From an uncultured Enterobacterales bacterium (GTDB lineage: Bacteria > Myxococcota_A > UBA796 > CAJQPC01): a stretch of DNA of 64,000 nucleotides. Within the stretch, counting starts at the first letter, position 1; each line of letters opens with the position of its first letter. The notes beneath the pieces were generated by a model, which worked only from the letters and a program-made list of their open reading frames with translations, ran no database searches and was not told where the DNA came from. The DNA is taken from the NCBI GenBank assembly GCA_964501915.1, contig CAZCVP010000003.1:19259-83258 (forward strand), in the 5' to 3' direction. The position numbers and the translations under genes are program-made. Positions 44,601-52,404 of the stretch are shown here, piece by piece.

Positions 44601-46133
44601 ACCCTGACCTGCTCCCCCGGCTCCGACAGCGACGCCGACGGCGACGCCATCGCCCACACCTACGCCTGGGACGTCTCCGGGACCCCGCTGTCGGTCACCA
44701 GCACCACCCTGACCGGGTCCTACTTCACCAGGGGCGACTCGGTGAGCTGCACCATCACGCCGGACGACGGCGAGGACACGGGCACCTCCGTCAGCTCCAA
44801 CTCGATCACGATCTCCAACACGCCCCCCTCCGGCACCAGCGTCTCGATCAGCCCCACCAACCCGCTGGTCGACGACACCCTCACCGCCTCGGCGACCGGC
44901 TGGAGCGACGCCGACGGCGACAGCGAGGGCTGGCTCTACCAGTGGACCGTCAACAGCAGCGACGTCTCCGGGGCGACCTCGAGCGGCCTGGCCGGCGCCT
45001 TCTCCAAGGGCGACTCGGTGACGGTCACCGCCTGGCCCTGGGACGGCACCGACGCCGGCTCGGCGATCACCTCGTCCGCCGTCACCATCGGCAACACGGC
45101 GCCGACGGACCCCGTCATCTCGATCAGTCCGTCGAGCCCCGAGCCCGACGACGACCTGACCTGCACCCTGTCGACCTCCAGCACCGACGCCGACGGCGAC
45201 AGCCTCAGCTACACCTACGTCTGGGACCAGAACGCCGTCGTCACCAGCTACACCACCAACACCGTGCCCAGCAGCGCCACCGCCCACGGCGACACCTGGG
45301 GCTGCTGCGTCTACGCCAGCGACGGCACCGACACCTCGGCCACGGTCTGCGAGACGGTCAACGTCTCCGACAACACCGCGCCGAGCGCACCCACCATCAG
45401 CAGCATCGACGCCTACCGCAACGAGGCCGACGTCGACCTGTCCGGGTCCTGCGAGGCGAGCTGCAGCCTGGTCTTCTACCTCTCCGACAGCACGGGCTCG
45501 TGGACCGAGTCGGCGACCTGCTCCTCGTCGTCCACCTTCAGCCACACCTCGTACCTGACCCGGGGCGACGACACCGACATCTTCGCCACCTGCGAGGACA
45601 CGGCCGGCAACGTCTCCGGGGCCTCGAACACCGTCACCACCCAGGTCTGCGACCCGGAGGACATCTTCGACGGCTCGAGCTTCTCCAGCGGCTACGGAGA
45701 CAGCGAGTCCAGCCCCGTCGACTACTGGGGCACACTGAACGACGACGGGAGCGTGCTCATCGAGATCGACGGCAACATCGTGTCGACGGGCGACGAGGAC
45801 TGGTTCGTCATCCACACCAACGACTCCGTCTACGGCCTCGGCTCCGGCTCGCCCACCTACGACTTCTACCTGCTGATGTCCGACGGCGTGGGGACCTACG
45901 CCTTCTACGTCTACAAGGACTCCGTCGGCTCTTCCACCCTGGAGTGCTCCGGCGAGACCGACGGCTACGACGAATTCGAATTCTACGACGCCCGCACGAG
46001 CTGCGGCACCACCGCGACCGACTACGACTGCAGCTACAAGGACCTCTCCCACGACTGGTACATCGAGGTCGTTCGCGACCCGAGCGTGTCAGCGTCGTGC
46101 CAGGGGTATACACTGGAAATCACCAACGGCTGA
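41655..46133 (+). CDS. giant modular surface lipoprotein (Ig-like domains, about 9 x 92-aa DxDGD modules, Ig-like + PPC-like C-terminus)
   Basis: 1492 aa. MTPLFALLLLAGC lipobox. The N-terminal region (PPVVAIENPKEGDELYEG...) and the C-terminal region (SGSCEASCSLVFYLSDSTGSWTE...EDTAGNVSG...DEDWFVI...WYIEV) are collinear with the 28994-31300 product. Confidence 0.85.
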   Translation: MTPLFALLLLAGCPDQNIGRYVAPPVVAIENPKEGDELYEGVSVGMVGVVADEAYSTRLDQLTVLWLVNNERVCDDATLDVSGVTVCEHVFPVGEAEILLSATNPDGEADDSTVVVTVLANGAPTLDIEAPTADSSYYSDHLVELKATVSDPEDPSEDLSVTWVGAGPDEWSVDTDPTSDGTALGSIHMESGEWFITATVKDTVGRTAQDSVTILVGEPNNPPECAITSPESGSGVAEGKATFFEGTASDADVASDMLTAEWSSDLDGPLGSSTVPSDGNLTFSASSLSTGAHTITLQVADEVGTTCTDNIQFLVGTQPFVTITAPTSGDTSNQGDSVLFEALVQDLDHDPTLVTLSWSSTLDGVFNDQSATSAGETTFTTQALSAGAHTITLSAMDPEGFTGSDSISFTVNGLPDPPDVEITPDPATSADDLNVSIVIDAIDPEGDTITYAYAWYQDGLATSHTSGLLPSSATTRGETWRVDVTPHDGLGTGDPGSDTVTIENAPPSIALVALTPDPADVTDTLTCAVVGSSDADGDTVTLAYAWTVSGSTISHSSTTLSSDFAKGDTVTCTVTPTDGSATGTPVTSNTLTIVNSAPSLTSVSLTPTSPGVGDTLTCTPNGASDADGDAISYATAWTVGGVTIKSTGETLTSPDFARGDEVYCTVTPTDGTDAGTAVDSNTVTIGNTAPELSEASLSPDPAYEADTVVCTPGSSSDADGDSVTYTYAWTIDGGSTSATSSSLTGSDFDKGDDVVCLVTPSDGTDDGTTVSTSALTISNTPPSVASASISPSTAYVDDLLSVSTSGWSDDDGDTESYLYQWYVNSSPVSGATVSTFSGSFEKGDVVEVMVTPYDGTDSGTAVTASAVTISNSAPTIDSVSLTPTSATESSTLTCSANGTDDADGDSVSESITWSLNGVTISATSTTLDGGDFSKGDEVVCTITPDDGTDTGTAVDSNTVTIANTPPVLSSVTLGPDPAYESDTLTCSPGSDSDADGDAIAHTYAWDVSGTPLSVTSTTLTGSYFTRGDSVSCTITPDDGEDTGTSVSSNSITISNTPPSGTSVSISPTNPLVDDTLTASATGWSDADGDSEGWLYQWTVNSSDVSGATSSGLAGAFSKGDSVTVTAWPWDGTDAGSAITSSAVTIGNTAPTDPVISISPSSPEPDDDLTCTLSTSSTDADGDSLSYTYVWDQNAVVTSYTTNTVPSSATAHGDTWGCCVYASDGTDTSATVCETVNVSDNTAPSAPTISSIDAYRNEADVDLSGSCEASCSLVFYLSDSTGSWTESATCSSSSTFSHTSYLTRGDDTDIFATCEDTAGNVSGASNTVTTQVCDPEDIFDGSSFSSGYGDSESSPVDYWGTLNDDGSVLIEIDGNIVSTGDEDWFVIHTNDSVYGLGSGSPTYDFYLLMSDGVGTYAFYVYKDSVGSSTLECSGETDGYDEFEFYDARTSCGTTATDYDCSYKDLSHDWYIEVVRDPSVSASCQGYTLEITNG
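42891..45368 (+). repeat. about nine tandem 276-bp coding modules (about 92 aa each)
   Basis: The modules begin N(A/S/T)(A/P)P and carry L(T)C....SDADGD...Y.Y.W...G..........F.KGD.V.C.VTP.DG.D.G. The protein-level periodicity is clear, but the DNA copies are diverged. Confidence 0.75.
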
Positions 46134-46141
46134 GCTCGACC

Positions 46142-46408
46142 ATGGCCCGACACGACGACCACAACGACGACGTCCCGGAGATCCCGGCGCTCGATCGCAA
46201 GCCCACCCAGTTCCTACAGAAGCAGGAGCTGGGACAGGTGAACGAAGAGCCCTCGCCGTCGCTGCTGCTGTTGCAGGCGGCCGACTCCCTGGAGCTCGAC
46301 CCGGACATGCTGGACCGGAACGCTCCGTTCCCGAACCTGCTGGCGACACACTGCTCGCATGGCTCCCACGGCTCCCACGGCTCCCACGGCTCCCACGGCC
46401 AGTGGTAG
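46142..46408 (+). CDS. His-Gly-Ser repeat peptide (HxsA-like candidate precursor)
   Basis: 88 aa: MARHDDHNDDVPEIPALDRKPTQFLQKQELGQVNEEPSPSLLLLQAADSLELDPDMLDRNAPFPNLLATHCSHGSHGSHGSHGSHGQW. It starts 8 nt after the lipoprotein stop and ends 6 nt before the first rSAM gene. Confidence 0.7.
   Translation: MARHDDHNDDVPEIPALDRKPTQFLQKQELGQVNEEPSPSLLLLQAADSLELDPDMLDRNAPFPNLLATHCSHGSHGSHGSHGSHGQW
46358..46399 (+). repeat. 9-bp tandem repeat (CAY GGC TCC) x4 plus a partial copy, encoding (His-Gly-Ser)n
   Basis: catggctcc cacggctcc cacggctcc cacggctcc cacggc, read directly from the sequence. Confidence 0.9.
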
Positions 46409-46414
46409 GCGCCG

Positions 46415-47419
46415 GTGGGTGAGGCCCACCGCGAGCGCCCCCCGGTCGGTCAGCTCGTCCTCACCGTCACACGCGGCTGCAACTACCGCTGCAGCTACTG
46501 CCCGACCGCGAAGGAGGGCTGGCCGAGCCTGACGACCGCGGACGCCGTCCACGCCGTCACGCTCTTCGCCGAGCGCTACGGCGGCGGAGACGTCAAGCTC
46601 TTCGGCGGCGAGCCCCTGCTGGAGCCGGAGGTCGTGGACGCCGCCATCGAGCGCTCGGTCGCGGAGCCGCGCATCCGGCGGATCTACCTGTCGACCAACG
46701 GCCTGGCCCTGGACGAGGGCTGGCTGGAGCGGCTGCGGAGGACCCCCAAGCTCGTCCTGACGCTCTCGCTGGACGGCTCCCCCGAGGACCACCGCCGCTT
46801 CCGGCGGGCCCTGCCCGGAGTGGCCGACAGCTACGACCGGGTGCTCGCCCTGCGGCCGCTGTTGCTCCAGACGCCCCGGGTGGTGGTGACGCAGACCGTG
46901 CCGCCCGCCTCGGCGGAGCGCGGCGCCGCGAACTTCAAGCATCTTCTTGATCTCGGCTTCAGGCGCTTCAACCTGCTTCCTGGGTACTTCATGCCCTGGA
47001 GGTCGGCCCAGCTCGGCGCCCTGCGCACCTCCCTCGCAGGCATCGGAGACGCGGTCATCGGCCTCTGGCGGGCCGGCGAGCGGGTCTACGTGCGCAACCT
47101 CTTCACACGAGCGCCGACGCCCTTCTTCAACACGGGCCTGGTGGTCGACAGCGATCGCACGATCCACCCGAGCAACGTCGGCCTGAGCGGCGCCCTGGAC
47201 GAGCTCCGAGACCGGACCCGGGTGGGCACGCTCGACGAGCCGCCGGCGCCCGAGGTGCTCGCCGAAGGGGCACACCGCGTCAACGCCCTGCTCGCCGAGA
47301 GCCTGCCGGACGGTGTCTGGCGGAGCACCCTGGCGGTCGACGCCGAGCTGACCCGCCTCGTGGAGCGCCTCTACCCGGAGTTCTTCGCCTGGCGCCAACG
47401 CCGCCGCGGTGCGGCATGA
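46415..47419 (+). CDS. radical SAM protein (block B, gene 1; candidate HXS maturase)
   Basis: GTG start. 334 aa. Motifs: CNYRCSYC and FGGEPLL. It has no additional Cys residues, so no auxiliary-cluster tail. Confidence 0.8.
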   Translation: MGEAHRERPPVGQLVLTVTRGCNYRCSYCPTAKEGWPSLTTADAVHAVTLFAERYGGGDVKLFGGEPLLEPEVVDAAIERSVAEPRIRRIYLSTNGLALDEGWLERLRRTPKLVLTLSLDGSPEDHRRFRRALPGVADSYDRVLALRPLLLQTPRVVVTQTVPPASAERGAANFKHLLDLGFRRFNLLPGYFMPWRSAQLGALRTSLAGIGDAVIGLWRAGERVYVRNLFTRAPTPFFNTGLVVDSDRTIHPSNVGLSGALDELRDRTRVGTLDEPPAPEVLAEGAHRVNALLAESLPDGVWRSTLAVDAELTRLVERLYPEFFAWRQRRRGAA

Positions 47420-48399
47420 GGCCGGGAGCCACCCCCTGGCTCCACCCGGACGGCCGGGTGATGCGCCGCCTGGAGCTCCACCTCACCTACACCTGTCCCG
47501 AGCGGTGCGTGTTCTGCTCCGAGCAGCACCGGATGGAGCGCTACGAGGCCTTCCCGGTGACCTGGGGCCGGGTGGCGACGGTGCTGCGCACGATGGCCGG
47601 CCGCGGCGTCGAGGCGGTCCACCTGACGGGGGGAGAGCCGACCCTCCACCCGAAGTTCGTCGAAGTCTGCGCCCTGGCGAAGAAGCTGGGGCTGCGGACC
47701 TCGATCGGCACCATCGGTACCCGACTGAGTCGGGAGGACTTCGCTCGCCGCGCCCTGCCGGTGCTGGACGAGGCCCTGTTCAGCCTCCACGGACCGACCG
47801 CAGAGGTCCACGATCCGCTGGTCGGCCGGGCGGGCAGCTTCGAGCGCGTGGTCCGGGCGATCGAGACCTGCCGCGGCCTCGACCCCGACTTCGACGTCTT
47901 CGTGAACACGGTGCTCACACCGACGAACGTGGAGCAGCTCGGCGACACCGTCGAGCTGGCCGAGGGCCTCGGTGCCCGCCTCATCGTCGTGTCGAACACC
48001 ACGCCGGAGGGCGGGGCCGAGGACCGCTACGAGGAGCTGGCGATCCCGCTGGAGCGCCTGGCCGCCGTCCTGCCGATCGCCGCGAAGCGGGCCCGACAGG
48101 CCGTCGTGCGCTTCTTCGGGGTGCCGATGTGCCTCCTGGGAGAGTCCTGGGCCCTGTCCAACGACCTCCACTGGGATCCACGGGTCACCGTGGAGTGGCA
48201 GAGCCGGCCCGGCAAGGTGGCCTTCGACGGCATCTACAACTGGGACCCGGGCCGCAAGCGTACCCACGTGGAAGTGTGTGAGCGCTGCGACCGGAGGGGG
48301 ATCTGCTTCGGGGTCTTTCGGGCCTACCGGGCGAAATTCGGCTCCGCGGGCCTGGTGGCGACGACGACCCACTCCGCAGGGGCTACTCTGACCCCGTGA
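47416..48399 (+). CDS. radical SAM protein with CxxCx5CxG tail (block B, gene 2; candidate HXS maturase)
   Basis: ATGA overlap with the upstream gene. 327 aa. Motifs: CPERCVFC, LTGGEPTL, GVPMC, CERCDRRGICFG. Confidence 0.85.
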   Translation: MRPGATPWLHPDGRVMRRLELHLTYTCPERCVFCSEQHRMERYEAFPVTWGRVATVLRTMAGRGVEAVHLTGGEPTLHPKFVEVCALAKKLGLRTSIGTIGTRLSREDFARRALPVLDEALFSLHGPTAEVHDPLVGRAGSFERVVRAIETCRGLDPDFDVFVNTVLTPTNVEQLGDTVELAEGLGARLIVVSNTTPEGGAEDRYEELAIPLERLAAVLPIAAKRARQAVVRFFGVPMCLLGESWALSNDLHWDPRVTVEWQSRPGKVAFDGIYNWDPGRKRTHVEVCERCDRRGICFGVFRAYRAKFGSAGLVATTTHSAGATLTP

Positions 48400-49430
48400 C
48401 CGCACCGACTCCGACCGCCGACAAGTCCCGCCTCTTCGAGGTCCAGCGAGACCGCCGGGTCAACGTGGAGATCAACGTCGGCAAGGCCTGCAACAACAAG
48501 TGCGTCTTCTGCCTCGACGGGCTGCCGAAGAGAGAGGACCGCTCCTTCATCTCCCTCGAAGACATGAAGGCCGAGCTGGAGCGCTTCTACGCCGAGGGGG
48601 CCCGCTCCGTCGGCTTCCTCGGGGGAGAGCCGACCACCTTCCCCAAGCTCCCTCACTCCATCGCCCACGCCCGGGACCTCGGCTACACGCGCATCGCCAT
48701 CGCCACCAACGGCACCCGGCTGCGCCTGCCCCACTACACCGAGCGGCTGCTGGAGGCCGGGCTCACCCGGGTGACGGTCAGCACCCACGGCCACACACGA
48801 CAGCTCGAGGACCGGCTGACCCGCGTGCCGGGCAACTTCGAGAAGAAGCGCCAGGCCCTGGAGCTGCTGGTGGCGGCCCGCGACGCCGGACGGCTCGTGG
48901 ACAACGTCTCCGTGAACATCGTGGTCAACGGCTGGAACTACGAGGTCCTGCCGAAGATGCTGAGGTACTTCTACAGCCTGGGCATCGATGACGTGCGGGC
49001 GAACTTCATCCGCACCGAGGGCTACGCCGAAGACGATCCCACGCTCACGCCGACCTATCGCGAGGTCGTGCCGGTGCTGGTGAAGACGGTCCTGCTCAAC
49101 GAGTTCCACTGGAAGAAGAACTTCACCTTTGGTGGCTTCCCGGTGTGCGTGCTGCCGCTGGAGCTGATCGGAAACTGGCGTCTCGCCCAGCGCTACATCG
49201 GCGAGTTCCGGGACCTGGACACCAACTGCTCCATCCGAGCCGAGGGCGACCACGGGGTCGCCACCGAGAGCGGTGGTCGTGCCCGCTTCAACTGGCAGGA
49301 CCGCAAGCGCCACGACCTCAAGCACCACCTCGAGACCTGCCGCGGCTGCCGCTACAGCGAGGTCTGCGAGGGGGTCTGGGGCTACTACCTCGGGGCCCAC
49401 GGCGAAGGGGAGTTCGCCGCGATCCCCTGA
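48396..49430 (+). CDS. radical SAM protein with CxxCx5CxG tail (block B, gene 3)
   Basis: GTGA overlap with the upstream gene. 344 aa. Motifs: CNNKCVFC, LGGEPTT, GFPVC, CRGCRYSEVCEG. It is collinear with the N-terminal part of the 26083-27867 product. Confidence 0.85.
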   Translation: MTAPTPTADKSRLFEVQRDRRVNVEINVGKACNNKCVFCLDGLPKREDRSFISLEDMKAELERFYAEGARSVGFLGGEPTTFPKLPHSIAHARDLGYTRIAIATNGTRLRLPHYTERLLEAGLTRVTVSTHGHTRQLEDRLTRVPGNFEKKRQALELLVAARDAGRLVDNVSVNIVVNGWNYEVLPKMLRYFYSLGIDDVRANFIRTEGYAEDDPTLTPTYREVVPVLVKTVLLNEFHWKKNFTFGGFPVCVLPLELIGNWRLAQRYIGEFRDLDTNCSIRAEGDHGVATESGGRARFNWQDRKRHDLKHHLETCRGCRYSEVCEGVWGYYLGAHGEGEFAAIP

Positions 49431-49445
49431 GGCCGTGTCCCTGGG

Positions 49446-50471
49446 CTACTTGTTGGCCTCGACGCGGGCCTTGGCGATCTTGCGCAGCTCGATGAGCAGC
49501 TCCCTCTTGCGCTCGTAGGTCTGGGGGGTCGCTTCGCCGTTGTTGATCTTCTTCTGGATCCTGCGCAGCGCGACCGCGATCTCCCCGGACCTGGGGGTCC
49601 AGGGCTGCTGACGAGCGACCTCCTGCTTGGCCCACAGCATGATGCGCTTGTTGGCGGCCTTCACCTGCGCGGCGTCGCCATCGGCGCGCCCCGCGACCCA
49701 CTTGTTGATGGCCGCGATGAGCTTCTTGGCTCCGATGCGCTCCTCGGCGTCGTCGTCCTGCTGGGCGGGCTTCTTGCCACCGGCGCCGCCGGAGCTGGCG
49801 GCCGCCTGCTGGCCACCGCCGCTGGAGGAAGCCGCGGCGCCCTGGCCGCCGCGGGTGTCTTCGCGGACCTCCTGGACGTCCTCGGCACGCTCCTCCTTGG
49901 ACCGCTGCAGCTCACGTCGGGCGATGCCCTGGAGCTCTCGGAGCAGCTCGCTCTTCTGGCTGTAGAGGGGCGCCTGGGCCGTGCCGTTGTCGAAGCGCGG
50001 CTGGATCTGCCGCAGCTCGCGGGCGATGGCGCGGGTCCGGGCCGCCTCTCCCTTGGCCGCCTGGGCGTCCCGCCGGTCATCCGCCGCATCCCGCTTGTCG
50101 TCCCCGGGCCGGGTGGCGTCATCGTCGGTCGCGGACCGATGGGCCTCCTCGCGGGACTCCTGGACCTCGCCCACGTCCTCCGCGAGCTCCTGGCGGATCC
50201 AGCGGGCGAGGCGATCATCCGCCTGCCGCTCCAGCGCCCTGTTGTCGTTCTTGCGGGCCCTGTGCCAGTCCTCGACGATGTCGTTGAGCTTTGCCAGGTC
50301 GACCCGGTCGTCCTGGAGGTCCTGCTGGCTGTCCGCCAGCTCGGCCCTGTCCTCCTGGACCTCGGTGGGCTGCGGCTCGGCCGCAGGCTCGGGCGGCGGG
50401 GGCTTGGGCCCACAGGCCAGGGTGATGAACACGAAGGCCGCGAAGCCCCCTCCCAGAATCGTACCTCGCAT
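49446..50471 (-). CDS. charged coiled-coil lipoprotein, hypothetical
   Basis: I placed the start at MRGTILGGGFAAFVFITLAC (ATG preceded by AGGAG). It is highly charged and Gln/Arg/Asp-rich. A module (IA.ELR.IQ...NG.A....Y..K.ELL.EL..IA) is duplicated internally. Confidence 0.6.
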   Translation of the reverse strand: MRGTILGGGFAAFVFITLACGPKPPPPEPAAEPQPTEVQEDRAELADSQQDLQDDRVDLAKLNDIVEDWHRARKNDNRALERQADDRLARWIRQELAEDVGEVQESREEAHRSATDDDATRPGDDKRDAADDRRDAQAAKGEAARTRAIARELRQIQPRFDNGTAQAPLYSQKSELLRELQGIARRELQRSKEERAEDVQEVREDTRGGQGAAASSSGGGQQAAASSGGAGGKKPAQQDDDAEERIGAKKLIAAINKWVAGRADGDAAQVKAANKRIMLWAKQEVARQQPWTPRSGEIAVALRRIQKKINNGEATPQTYERKRELLIELRKIAKARVEANK

Positions 50472-50602
50472 GGCGTCTCCTTGGTTGGACCGCGCGATCC
50501 AAACACTGCGCACCGGACCTCGCAAGTGGTCCGGACGCCGGCGTGGGCCTGCGAGAGCGGCGAGGCCACCGGTGGTAGCCTGGATCGAACCCGAGGCATC
50601 GC

Positions 50603-52393
<1,791 letters not shown>

Positions 52394-52404
52394 CCGGAGC
52401 TCGC

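Noticed and set aside
42891-45368. Regularly spaced repeats, considered as a possible CRISPR-like or satellite array
   Set aside because: The periodicity is about 276 bp and lies wholly within one open reading frame with conserved protein-level modules. There are no short direct repeats alternating with unique spacers. No CRISPR array is present anywhere in the window as far as I can see.
39948-46052. 2034-aa ORF on the minus strand spanning the kinase-SIS and giant lipoprotein genes
   Set aside because: The translation is monotonous Gly/Ala/Val/Arg/Asp with no motifs. The opposite strand encodes clearly structured proteins (PfkB and SIS motifs, a lipobox, regular 92-aa modules). Long antisense ORFs are expected in high-GC DNA because stop codons are rare.
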